From a virus, in IMG/VR virus record IMGVR_UViG_3300047476_001426, positions 64,001-128,000 of that record: a stretch of 64,000 nt of DNA, one strand, 5' to 3'. How positions within the stretch are numbered: the stretch's first letter is position 1; each line of letters opens with the position of its first letter. The notes under the pieces are model-generated. The model saw only the letters and a program-made list of their open reading frames with translations, had not been told where the DNA came from and did not search any database. This document shows positions 1-8,179 of the stretch, one piece after another. Made by a program: the position numbers and the translations under genes.

Positions 1-976
1 TGTTTTGATTATTATTTCCATTAGAGGTACCCGTTCCACCACTATTTGAGTTTCCTGAACCTCCGCTATTTCCTGTGGTAGTAGAACCTCCAGAACCCCC
101 GTTATTACCTGAAGTTCCCGAACTTCCCGAACCATTATTTCCTGTGTTTGTTCCGTTGGTTGTTCCCGAACCACCTGTTGTGCTCGAACCATTTGAACCC
201 CCGTTATTTGATGGAGACCCATTTCCGTTATTAGAACTACCTGTTGACCCTGAACCACCGTTGTTCGAACCAGAATTGTTTGATGGGGTTGACCCATTAG
301 AGTTACCCGAACCTACAGATGGTTGAGTCGTTGAATTTCCCCCCTGAGTTGAGTTACCTGTACTTGATGACGTTCCTCCATTTGTTGAATTTCCACTTCC
401 TTGAGTCGAGTTACTTCCTCCATTTGTTGAATTAGTTCCTGAATTCGATTGGGATTGTCCTCCATTTTGAGTTGTACTATTATTCGTAGTATTTGATTGA
501 GATGAATTACTTCCATTTCCTTGATTATTATTGTTTTTCTTCTTATCAGAATTTTTATTATCCTTACCACCAGCATCACTACTACCCGAAGAACCAGTTT
601 CTAAACTAGATGATTGTGCTTGACTACTTGACAATATCGAACTCACAACTGATTGAACCGTACTACCAATAATTTGTGCGGTTATTTGGTTTTGAGTTAC
701 TTGACCCTGTTGTTGTGAACATGGGTTTGTTTGTCTGTATGTGGTATAAACCTGATTTACCCAATTGGAAAATGTTCCATTGGATAAATCGTTCGCGTCA
801 AAACTACCAACATTATTTAAAAAAATAATCATCGTTTTACCCCCCTGTATTGGTACACTAAATATTGTGACTTCTTTTGTACAAGGGTCTATAAAAGTAT
901 ACGTTGATACTTGTGCTTTCGATACATTATATACGAAAGTAAGAAAAAATGTTAATATTAATGTCTTAATGTTCAT
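1..976 (-). CDS. Secreted G/S/N/T-rich low-complexity protein (partial, runs off left edge)
   Basis: ATG at 976 gives MNIKTLILTFFLTFVYNVSKAQVSTYTFIDPC... (signal peptide), open with no stop to position 1, ending in GSNSS/NGGS-type repeats; absent from ORF track because it has no stop in the window. Confidence 0.8.
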   Translation of the reverse strand, partial: MNIKTLILTFFLTFVYNVSKAQVSTYTFIDPCTKEVTIFSVPIQGGKTMIIFLNNVGSFDANDLSNGTFSNWVNQVYTTYRQTNPCSQQQGQVTQNQITAQIIGSTVQSVVSSILSSSQAQSSSLETGSSGSSDAGGKDNKNSDKKKNNNNQGNGSNSSQSNTTNNSTTQNGGQSQSNSGTNSTNGGSNSTQGSGNSTNGGTSSSTGNSTQGGNSTTQPSVGSGNSNGSTPSNNSGSNNGGSGSTGSSNNGNGSPSNNGGSNGSSTTGGSGTTNGTNTGNNGSGSSGTSGNNGGSGGSTTTGNSGGSGNSNSGGTGTSNGNNNQN

Positions 977-986
977 GGTGTATATT

Positions 987-1011
987 AAAAAAGGGGTTTT
1001 ACCCCCTTTTT
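987..1011 (-). terminator. Intrinsic terminator-like hairpin
   Basis: aaaaaagggg-tttta-ccccc-ttttt; GC stem flanked by A and T runs. Confidence 0.6.
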
Positions 1012-1035
1012 ATTAGTATTATCAAACATTATTAA

Positions 1036-1794
1036 TTATTTAGGGAATACACCCTTTTTTATCATTCTTAATAGAATTCTAGAACACGCAATATCTAATG
1101 CTTTTTTGGTGCTAATCCCTATTGTCGATTGATTAAATTTAACTTCACTTAAATTATCGTCATTTAGTAAACTTAATTCTCTAACGGTAACCGCTTCACC
1201 CAATCCACTAGCAGCAATTATTTGACCCGTTTCCGCATCGGTAAATCTAACTTGTAACCCTAATCTTGTAACAACAGTGTTTTTAACACCATTACTAAGA
1301 TTAACCGTCTCATCCTCACTCACTGAAAATTCATAAACTTCAATTGTAACAAAATAGTGTGCTAAACGTATTTTTCCTCTACCATCTAATGTGTCATAAC
1401 TAATACCCGCTTGAGAGGCTTGGTATTGTTTCACCATTCTATTTTTGATTTCGGTTTTGTCCTCAGTAAATGTGAATCTATTTAAATTCTCCAAATATTC
1501 TAATGTTATATTTGCCACACCTAAACCCACCTTCTTTTCTTTTAATTCAGGATATTGTTCGTATACCTCATCACTGATACCAATTTTTAAAATTTGTATT
1601 GGTATTTGGGGGCCATCGTAATCCATTAAAGAATCGATACTAACATTAGTCTCAAATGATGCTTTATATTGTTCTGTTTGAGTTTTACCAACAACCTGTG
1701 CACTTACAGTATTAGCAAAAACAAACATCAATACAAACCATAGTATTATCAGAATTACTGGTGATAATAGTTTTTCTATGACAAATTTTTTCAT
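1036..1794 (-). CDS. CsgG/HfaB-family outer-membrane protein
   Basis: N-terminal hydrophobic segment; motifs LENLNRFTFTE, GKIRLAHYFVTIEVYEFS, RLGLQVRFTDAETGQIIAASG resemble CsgG; likely start MKKFVIEK at 1794. Confidence 0.7.
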   Translation of the reverse strand: MKKFVIEKLLSPVILIILWFVLMFVFANTVSAQVVGKTQTEQYKASFETNVSIDSLMDYDGPQIPIQILKIGISDEVYEQYPELKEKKVGLGVANITLEYLENLNRFTFTEDKTEIKNRMVKQYQASQAGISYDTLDGRGKIRLAHYFVTIEVYEFSVSEDETVNLSNGVKNTVVTRLGLQVRFTDAETGQIIAASGLGEAVTVRELSLLNDDNLSEVKFNQSTIGISTKKALDIACSRILLRMIKKGVFPK

Positions 1795-1795
1795 T

Positions 1796-2332
1796 TTACT
1801 CGGGGTCTTGTATTTTACCACATTTTAAACATTCCAACTCACCGTCATTGTCTTGGTCGCCCCAAACATGTTCACATTGTCTATGTTCAAAATATTCATC
1901 AATTATACCGTCATTATCATAATCTAAACCATCCATAACACCATCACCATCTTCATCGATTTCAACACCGACCTTTGACGATGATTCTGTAATTACTTCA
2001 TTTTTAGTTTCATTGCTTGACGATTTCATGTCAGCAGTGTTTGAAAAAGAAACACCATCTTCCTCATCCATTTTTTGGACTAACATTTTATCCTTATCGG
2101 TATCACTGAACCAATAATCAATGATTTTACCATAAGAACCAATGAAAGCACCTAATAAAAGAAGTAGTAGTTCTTTCCATTCACCACCGATTTCATTTTT
2201 ACCTATAATCGCGGCGAAAATACCGGCCATAATAAACATAAAACCACCCAAGACGATAGCGGTAATAAACCACCTTCTTCTCATCATTGCGTTAAGAAGG
2301 TCTCTAAATCCGGTTGGTTGATTGTTTACCAT
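1796..2332 (-). CDS. Two-TM membrane protein with DxDxDG Ca-binding-like loops and C-terminal Cys/His ribbon
   Basis: Hydrophobic helices, DEDGDGVMDGLDYDNDG, CEHVW...CLKCG. Confidence 0.7.
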   Translation of the reverse strand: MVNNQPTGFRDLLNAMMRRRWFITAIVLGGFMFIMAGIFAAIIGKNEIGGEWKELLLLLLGAFIGSYGKIIDYWFSDTDKDKMLVQKMDEEDGVSFSNTADMKSSSNETKNEVITESSSKVGVEIDEDGDGVMDGLDYDNDGIIDEYFEHRQCEHVWGDQDNDGELECLKCGKIQDPE

Positions 2333-2667
2333 TGTGGCTCCTTTTCTTTAAATTCATCACCCTCTTTTTTAGGTTTTGCGGGTTCTGACTTAACCGGTTT
2401 TTCAACCACTCTTTCTTTTATTATGGTTGTGTTACCACCACCACTTGATGACGTATTCTTAGAAGAATTGTCAACATTCAAATTAATTACAGGTGCTGCT
2501 TGCTGTGTTTGAGTTGGTTCCTTTTCTTTGTCATCACCCCCACCAAATAAGGTGGTGGTAAAGTAAGTTCCACCCGCCATAACCGCAGTGGTAATAACCC
2601 CAATAATTGTTTTCTTAAGTCCTGACCATGTTCCGTCAGATTCTGGTACGTTTGTTTCTTCGCTCAT
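2326..2667 (-). CDS. Hypothetical single-TM protein
   Basis: 113 aa ORF, TM segment IIGVITTAVMAGGTYF, tightly coupled to neighbours. Confidence 0.7.
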   Translation of the reverse strand: MSEETNVPESDGTWSGLKKTIIGVITTAVMAGGTYFTTTLFGGGDDKEKEPTQTQQAAPVINLNVDNSSKNTSSSGGGNTTIIKERVVEKPVKSEPAKPKKEGDEFKEKEPQW

Positions 2668-2671
2668 TGTT

Positions 2672-4585
2672 TTAAACTTTTACAAATTGTTTAGTTAATT
2701 GTTTATTATAATTATGCAAAACCAAGTAATAATTACCGGCTGCGGATGATGTCATATCGATTTGTTTATATGCAATTTTCTCTGATGAATTGGTTGTAAC
2801 AGAACCGATGTTTTTCACCAATTGACCTCTTACATCATAAATTGAACCGTTCATTTCCATGTTTGGATTTGGGAATCTAATTTCAATTTCAAACCATCCA
2901 CTTGTTGGGTTTGGTCTTATTGATGCTGTAATCTCATCAATTGATTGGTCTGTAGGTGGTGCCATTTTATACATGATAACCGCAACACTACTAACCAAAT
3001 CAATATTTAAATGGTCACCCTTCTCATCTGATGCATCCATTAATTGTCTCACATAAATGTTACTTACAATATCATTACCACCAATTGGTGAGAATTTAAG
3101 TTTAAATGGTGTTGATTGACCTATTAAACCATCTTTCATCTGATTGTTCATCCCACCGAATCTAATTGTACCATTAGAAGCATCGTGAGTAACATATTGT
3201 AACCATGGACCACCATTAAAATTTGATATAATCTCCTCAAACTTAACTTTAGTTTTATCGTATTTCATTTCAAACTGTAAACCATAATTGTTATCACCAT
3301 TTGTGTTAACATTGAATGGTACATATAATGGTTGACTTCCTGATGCTGAAGTATTAGGTATTTCAACATCTAATTTACCTTTAAACACCGCCTTAGCAAC
3401 TAATACCCCCGATGAGTTCCATACTCTTGATGAATACGTTCTGTCTACGTCACCTTGAATAAAGTACTTAATGTTTACTGTTTTATTAACTAAACCAACA
3501 CTATCCGTGATAAAATTGGTTGCGGTTAAATGGTTTGGCCAATCATTCCATTGAGTTGAACCTAAAACTAAAGAATCATAAACACTCGCGTGGAAAGTTC
3601 TAATCATTGTTGTGGTATCTATCTTTTTCATACCACTTACGTTCGCGTAAATTAGATATGGGTCACCACCATCCAATTTTCCGTTTTGGTTCATATCACC
3701 AATAAGGTATGCCAAACCATTTTTTAAGTATTGTTGTCCAAATCCTTGGTTAACGTCTGTAATTGTGTATTCATCATATGTCTTTACAGCGTCTGATATT
3801 GTAACCGCGTAATCTCTGAAGACTTCCATACTATCTGCTGGAAATCTAACCAATAATTTATATTTGGTATTTTTATCTACATTGTTTAATGAGTAGTTAC
3901 CAGCGGTGTCACATAAAGAAGATGAAACAAATGTGCCTGTATTATACTTTGTACATATTACTGTTGGTCTTCTACCGGCCAATTTCATTGTTGGAGGTAA
4001 TTCAACAACACCACTAATCACCAAGTTACCCAAAAGTTCAAGGTGCATATCTTGTACATTTAAGATTGCGATGTTATCACCAATTGTAGAACCGTCATAC
4101 TTAAACATTCTTGCCCAGTTAATTTCAACACTGTCAGCATCAAAGTTTGATTCTACGTCATTAATAATAAATTTGTTATGTATTAAAAATGTGTCTTGTG
4201 TTATTTGAGAACCACTTGAAAGTACCAAGAAATTTCTTGCCACAGTATAGTTGGTATCACTTGTGTATGAATACAAACCTGTACCTGAACTGTAACTTGA
4301 ATATTTGTAATTGTTAAAGAATTTTATCGAAAGTGCTGGAGTCATGGTACTCACAGTTGGGTCAACAGTAGTTGATACGTGAGTAAAAAGTTGTTTCCTA
4401 TATTGGAAATCAACTTGGAATGTTCTCACATCAACCGCGGATGCTGGTGTGTATTTAAACACAACATCTAAAGTATCACCTCTTTTGATAGTTTTATACG
4501 CAACGGGGTTACCTATTTCAGGTGTTTGTGAAAACGCCATTGTCGTGACAAATAAAGTAATTAGGGATAAAATTATTTTTTTCAT
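2672..4585 (-). CDS. Secreted cohesin/dockerin-like protein with T9SS type A C-terminal sorting domain
   Basis: Signal peptide; two cohesin-like beta domains; dockerin-like GDMNQNGKLDGGD; C-terminal IRPNPTSG...IYDVRGQLVK...GNYYLVL...KQFVKV matches the T9SS CTD pattern. Confidence 0.8.
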   Translation of the reverse strand: MKKIILSLITLFVTTMAFSQTPEIGNPVAYKTIKRGDTLDVVFKYTPASAVDVRTFQVDFQYRKQLFTHVSTTVDPTVSTMTPALSIKFFNNYKYSSYSSGTGLYSYTSDTNYTVARNFLVLSSGSQITQDTFLIHNKFIINDVESNFDADSVEINWARMFKYDGSTIGDNIAILNVQDMHLELLGNLVISGVVELPPTMKLAGRRPTVICTKYNTGTFVSSSLCDTAGNYSLNNVDKNTKYKLLVRFPADSMEVFRDYAVTISDAVKTYDEYTITDVNQGFGQQYLKNGLAYLIGDMNQNGKLDGGDPYLIYANVSGMKKIDTTTMIRTFHASVYDSLVLGSTQWNDWPNHLTATNFITDSVGLVNKTVNIKYFIQGDVDRTYSSRVWNSSGVLVAKAVFKGKLDVEIPNTSASGSQPLYVPFNVNTNGDNNYGLQFEMKYDKTKVKFEEIISNFNGGPWLQYVTHDASNGTIRFGGMNNQMKDGLIGQSTPFKLKFSPIGGNDIVSNIYVRQLMDASDEKGDHLNIDLVSSVAVIMYKMAPPTDQSIDEITASIRPNPTSGWFEIEIRFPNPNMEMNGSIYDVRGQLVKNIGSVTTNSSEKIAYKQIDMTSSAAGNYYLVLHNYNKQLTKQFVKV

Positions 4586-5076
4586 AGTATTAATTTGTTA
4601 ATTAAGGTTTGAGTTGTTTTCTTTAATGCCGAACTAGCAGATTGTTGATTGAATTTACCACCCTCATCAATCATAATAGTTGAGGTTGAAATTTCAGTGG
4701 ATTTACCCTCTGAGAATTCCTGTTTAATTTTTTTATCACCTTTATATAGGACACCTTTCATTCTTATAACGGTAGTTGTCTTGTCTTCGTGAAAAATACT
4801 AACCCCCGAGTTAGTGGTTACAATATCAAAAAATATGAGCTCGACTTTAATTTTATAGTCCGCCTTATTTTTATCTGTAATCAGAATTAAACTGTCCTGT
4901 TCGTTTATGATTTCTTCTATTATATTTTTTACACCAAAAGCCAAATTTTTATTTTCGGTAAACGGACCAATCTTAATGTTGTTGATTACTGTGTCAACAA
5001 CAATAGTTTGTGCGTTCAGATTGGAAAACCCAAATGATATTAAAAAAAATAGTAATATGATTGGCAGTCTTGTCAT
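4582..5076 (-). CDS. Hypothetical secreted protein
   Basis: Signal peptide-like N-terminus ending AQ; overlaps downstream gene by 4 nt. Confidence 0.7.
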   Translation of the reverse strand: MTRLPIILLFFLISFGFSNLNAQTIVVDTVINNIKIGPFTENKNLAFGVKNIIEEIINEQDSLILITDKNKADYKIKVELIFFDIVTTNSGVSIFHEDKTTTVIRMKGVLYKGDKKIKQEFSEGKSTEISTSTIMIDEGGKFNQQSASSALKKTTQTLINKLIL

Positions 5077-5079
5077 CAC

Positions 5080-5111
5080 AAAAAAGAAAAAAACGGGGCA
5101 CTGAGCCCCGT
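5080..5111 (-). terminator. Intrinsic terminator
   Basis: acggggc-actga-gccccgt with an A-run on + (U-run on -) just after the 5117 gene. Confidence 0.65.
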
Positions 5112-5116
5112 ATTAA

Positions 5117-5371
5117 TTACTCAGATACTGAATCGTCTGATTTTTTCTTATGTGAGAACTTGTCTAAAGTATCTGCACCCATTCCAATGGCAGTAATTAC
5201 CATTACCGCATTTACCAATTCTTCTGATGGTTTAATGTCACCATGTGTAAAAGAGTTTGCCATCATGGTTCCGCAAAGGAAAAGTGCACCTAATAGTGCG
5301 ATTACCGGTTTGATTGAAGTTGACCCTCTTTCATCTTTGAATAGGTCAATAATCCATTTTTTAAAGTTCAT
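5117..5371 (-). CDS. Small two-TM membrane protein (holin-like topology)
   Basis: 84 aa, two hydrophobic helices, charged C-terminus; function not established. Confidence 0.6.
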   Translation of the reverse strand: MNFKKWIIDLFKDERGSTSIKPVIALLGALFLCGTMMANSFTHGDIKPSEELVNAVMVITAIGMGADTLDKFSHKKKSDDSVSE

Positions 5372-5469
5372 AGTTGTAATTTAGTTTAGTTTTATTATTT
5401 GGTTTATTATAAATACCTCGGCAATCGAGATTGTCATATATATTATTTTAAAAAAAATTTTAACTTTTC

Positions 5470-5500
5470 TTGTTTTTTCGAATACTTATTAGTATCTTTG
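5470..5500 (+). promoter_or_regulatory. Bacteroidota-type sigma70 promoter
   Basis: TTG at 5470-5472 and TATCTTTG at 5493-5500 (TAnnTTTG -7 element). Confidence 0.75.
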
Positions 5501-5530
5501 TAAAAGATTTCAAAAATTAAATAAATTTCG

Positions 5531-5620
5531 ATGATACGTTCAACACATACAATGTCGTTTACAATCTGTTCAAAATGGGCGGAGGTAGCTGATATTTGCA
5601 TGTCCCGAGGTGTCTTCTAA
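5531..5620 (+). CDS. 29-aa leader peptide MIRSTHTMSFTICSKWAEVADICMSRGVF
   Basis: ATG 30 nt after promoter, TAA at 5618-5620; its 3' end (TCCCGAGGT) is complementary to the downstream terminator stem. Confidence 0.55.
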   Translation: MIRSTHTMSFTICSKWAEVADICMSRGVF

Positions 5621-5647
5621 GTTGTTTAATTTTAAAAACGATAAAAG

Positions 5648-5677
5648 AAACCTCGGGAGAAATCTCGAGGTTTTTTT
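5648..5677 (+). terminator. Attenuator terminator before first tRNA
   Basis: aaacctcggga-GAAA-tctcgaggttt then T7. Confidence 0.8.
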
Positions 5678-5684
5678 GTTTTAT

Positions 5685-5756
5685 GGGCCTGATGTCAACG
5701 GCAGACCGTCTGATTTGCAATCAGAACGATTGGGTTCGATTCCCACAGTGTCCACA
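5685..5756 (+). tRNA. tRNA-Ala(TGC), irregular acceptor stem
   Basis: tctga-TT TGC AA-tcaga; G3:U70; T-loop ttcgatt; one bulge in acceptor. Confidence 0.7.
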
Positions 5757-5760
5757 AAGA

Positions 5761-5772
5761 TGTTCTTTGACA
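5761..5772 (+). promoter_or_regulatory. boxA-like antitermination site
   Basis: TGTTCTTTGACA, two changes from E. coli rrn boxA TGCTCTTTAACA. Confidence 0.6.
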
Positions 5773-5786
5773 TATTGGTTTAATTT

Positions 5787-5860
5787 GGTACCGTAGCTCA
5801 GTTGGTAGAGCACCAGACTGAAAATCTGGGTTGTCACTGGTTCAAATCCAGTCGGTACCA
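5787..5860 (+). tRNA. tRNA-Phe(GAA)
   Basis: ggtaccg/cggtacc acceptor; ccaga-CT GAA AA-tctgg. Confidence 0.95.
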
Positions 5861-5962
5861 CATAGTGTTGGCTTCAAGTCCCATTAGGGAAGTACACTTA
5901 AATAAAACATACACGGGGAAAGTGTTGACTGCAGAAACAGCGAGTACCAACGAAGGGGTAAT

Positions 5963-6038
5963 GTCTTCGTAGCTCAGTTGGTTAGAGCACCTCACTTTTA
6001 ATGAGGGAGTCACGCGTTCGAGTCGCGTCGGGGACACA
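5963..6038 (+). tRNA. tRNA-Lys(TTT)
   Basis: cctca-CT TTT AA-tgagg; full cloverleaf. Confidence 0.95.
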
Positions 6039-6040
6039 AA

Positions 6041-6175
6041 GGTTGATTGGGGAATGATTATGTCTATAGTTCGAGAGTGGATACTGACTGACATAATCGG
6101 AGTTTGGAGGTATTCACCGTAGTAATGCCAATCGTAAAAGGAGATGTCCACTGAACCATCTTCTCCTTTCCTTGA
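6041..6175 (+). ncRNA. Structured RNA, unknown
   Basis: gattgg/ccaatc, gattatgtc/gacataatc, aaaggaga/tctccttt helices. Confidence 0.5.
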
Positions 6176-6178
6176 CTT

Positions 6179-6254
6179 AGTTCCTTAGCTCAGTTGGTTA
6201 GAGCATCTGCCTTACATGCAGAGGGTCGTTGGTTCGAATCCGACAGGGACTACA
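6179..6254 (+). tRNA. tRNA-Val(TAC)
   Basis: tctgc-CT TAC AT-gcaga. Confidence 0.95.
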
Positions 6255-6318
6255 ATAAACTAAAAATTGCATCAATAAACAAGGTTAGTTTATCGTGGCA
6301 AAAACAAGTTTAATAAAC

Positions 6319-6392
6319 ACGGGTGTGGTGAAAGGGTATCATACCGGTCTCCAAAACCGTTGTTGGGAGTTCGAATCTCTCCACCCGTGCAA
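6319..6392 (+). tRNA. tRNA-Trp(CCA)
   Basis: acgggtg/cacccgt, G73; cggt-CT CCA AA-accg. Confidence 0.9.
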
Positions 6393-6410
6393 ACTTTAAA
6401 AATAAAAACA

Positions 6411-6842
6411 ATGAACAATCAAATAGGAATCGATGCCGCAAAAATAAAATTTGAGGCTGAGAAAATGAAACTAAAAGAAGAAAGGGAACGAAGGATTAAA
6501 GAGTTTTGGGAAAACGGTATACCCAAATTAAATAATCCTGAAGACGTACCAACACTTCCAAGGGTGGATGAAAAAGAATGGAAAGAATACTATGTACCAA
6601 GATTGATTGATGCTGGTGCAATCCCTAAAAAAGATTTAATCCATGGTCAGATTTATATCGGTGAACATAGAAATACAACCATAGCAAGATGGAATCAGGA
6701 AACAAACAAATTCGACCACATGAGATATAAGTTTGGTTGGGCGAAAGATGATTGTAACCATTTTGAAGATGATGATGGATTCGCATTGTTTGTCCCAATT
6801 AGATTAGGAACACAAGAAGAATGGGATGAAAGAATTAAATAA
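6411..6842 (+). CDS. Hypothetical protein
   Basis: Likely start MNNQIG at 6411; the ORF-track start overlaps tRNA-Trp. Confidence 0.75.
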   Translation: MNNQIGIDAAKIKFEAEKMKLKEERERRIKEFWENGIPKLNNPEDVPTLPRVDEKEWKEYYVPRLIDAGAIPKKDLIHGQIYIGEHRNTTIARWNQETNKFDHMRYKFGWAKDDCNHFEDDDGFALFVPIRLGTQEEWDERIK

Positions 6843-6847
6843 ATGAT

Positions 6848-6923
6848 GCTCTCGTAGTTCAATGGATTAGAACATTTCACTACGGATGAAAGGGTTGGGA
6901 GTTCGAGTCTCTCCGAGAGTACA
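6848..6923 (+). tRNA. tRNA-Arg(ACG)
   Basis: tttca-CT ACG GA-tgaaa. Confidence 0.95.
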
Positions 6924-6927
6924 ATAG

Positions 6928-6999
6928 GGTCAGTTTGGTCATGGAGGCCGGTTAGTCTGCAAAACTAACGGAGTTGGTTCGATTCCAACATTGACCTCA
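6928..6999 (+). tRNA. tRNA-Cys(GCA)
   Basis: ttagt-CT GCA AA-actaa; U73. Confidence 0.9.
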
Positions 7000-7053
7000 A
7001 TATAAGGTCTGAACCTAATAGTGGGGGATTATTAGGTGTGGACCTTATAATAT

Positions 7054-7130
7054 GGTAGATATAGTTCAGTTGGTTAGAACGTCTGATTGTGGTTCAGAAG
7101 GTCGTCGGTTCGAATCCGATTATTTACCCA
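7054..7130 (+). tRNA. tRNA-His(GTG)
   Basis: tctga-TT GTG GT-tcaga; G-1:C73. Confidence 0.95.
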
Positions 7131-7136
7131 AACATT

Positions 7137-7211
7137 GGAATATAGCTCAATTGGTTAGAGCATTCGTCTGATACGCGAAAGGTTATAGGTTCGATTCCTA
7201 TTATTCCAACC
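7137..7211 (+). tRNA. tRNA-Ile(GAT)
   Basis: ttcgt-CT GAT AC-gcgaa. Confidence 0.9.
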
Positions 7212-7217
7212 AAACAT

Positions 7218-7291
7218 TGCGGGGTGGACTGGAGAGGTTCCAGCTCAGTCTCATAAGCTGAATGACGTGGGTTCGATTCCCACCCCCGCAA
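7218..7291 (+). tRNA. tRNA-Met(CAT), initiator-like acceptor
   Basis: tgcgggg/ccccgca; tcagt-CT CAT AA-gctga; lacks the three G:C anticodon-stem pairs of canonical fMet. Confidence 0.8.
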
Positions 7292-7380
7292 CTTTTTCAT
7301 TGAACATTTTGAAATATGGAATTTCATGTTTATATTTTAATTGTTCGTTTGTTCTTTGAAATAAAAATATGGATATAACT

Positions 7381-7455
7381 AGGGTCGAGCCAGATTTTGC
7401 CACGGTTATGTCAAGGGTTGGAAGGACCAGAGCTGGCCGTGACTACTCCAACCCA
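7381..7455 (+). ncRNA. Structured spacer RNA, unknown
   Basis: cacggtt/ggccgtg and gggttgga/tccaaccc helices. Confidence 0.4.
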
Positions 7456-7460
7456 CTATT

Positions 7461-7534
7461 GCCTCCTTAGCTCAGTTGGCCAGAGCGCCTCACTTGTAAT
7501 GAGGATGTCGTTGGTTCGAATCCGACAGGAGGCT
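7461..7534 (+). tRNA. tRNA-Thr(TGT)
   Basis: cctca-CT TGT AA-tgagg. Confidence 0.95.
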
Positions 7535-7540
7535 CTGCAG

Positions 7541-7630
7541 GGTTTTCGGTGTAAAGGGTGTCAAAACCCACCTGAGCAAAACCTAACATATGTCCACTAT
7601 GTGTTAGGGTAATGTGGATAAAACCGAAAT
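7541..7630 (+). ncRNA. Three-way-junction RNA, unknown
   Basis: tttcggt/accgaaa closing stem; gggt/accc and ctaaca..cata/tatg..tgttag arms. Confidence 0.45.
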
Positions 7631-7631
7631 T

Positions 7632-7705
7632 GGTCTCATAGTTAAACGGCTATAATGCAGCCCTGTCACGGCTGAGTTCGGGGTTCGATTCCCCGTGGGA
7701 CCGCA
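7632..7705 (+). tRNA. tRNA-Asp(GTC)
   Basis: cagcc-CT GTC AC-ggctg. Confidence 0.95.
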
Positions 7706-7992
7706 ATGAGTAAGAGATACTCAGGAAGATTGGCTACATTCTGTAAAAAAGTAGTGGTGGTAAAAAAATCCTCGACCTTAATGAGGTATCGATTTGGATA
7801 AAACGGTAGCAAGACTCTGCACCGCCGACGTATAGAGTTGACAGGTTTTTATGTGGTAAGACACTAATGAAAAAGACCCAATGAAGGAGGACGCTTTTAA
7901 GCAATATGTTCAGAGAGCGTTGGGGGATATGGTTCTCGAAACAGTGAGAGAAACCCGTTAAAATCTACTTATTGTAATCTCAGATAAGGAAA
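7706..7992 (+). ncRNA. ~290-nt multi-helix RNA, unknown
   Basis: About nine helices and a possible pseudoknot (see findings); no credible ORF. Confidence 0.6.
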
Positions 7993-7994
7993 TT

Positions 7995-8082
7995 GGAGAG
8001 TTGGCAGAGCTGGTTGAACGCGGCGGTCTTGAAAACCGTTTTACTGAAAGGTAACGGGGGTTCGAATCCCTCACTCTCCGCA
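7995..8082 (+). tRNA. tRNA-Ser(TGA)
   Basis: gcggt-CT TGA AA-accgt; long variable arm; G73. Confidence 0.95.
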
Positions 8083-8088
8083 AATTAT

Positions 8089-8163
8089 GGCCCTTTCGTC
8101 TATCGGTTAGGACAGGTCCCTTTCACGGACCAGAGACGGGTTCGATTCCCGTAGGGGCTACCA
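8089..8163 (+). tRNA. tRNA-Glu(TTC)
   Basis: ggtcc-CT TTC AC-ggacc; encoded CCA. Confidence 0.95.
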
Positions 8164-8179
8164 AACAAAAAAAACCAAT

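Noticed and set aside
75-1016. ORF-track entries 75..326, 313..579 and 765..1016
   Set aside because: Antisense or off-frame shadows of the real minus-strand gene starting at 976
7381-7460. SRP (4.5S) RNA
   Set aside because: GGAA is present but the CAGG/AGCA symmetric loop is not, and a stronger alternative helix sequesters it
7706-7992. Group I intron or RNase P RNA
   Set aside because: GTTCAGAGAG and GATATGGTTC resemble R and S elements but are only about 10 nt apart, leaving no room for P3/P8; no GAGGAAAGTCC P4 motif
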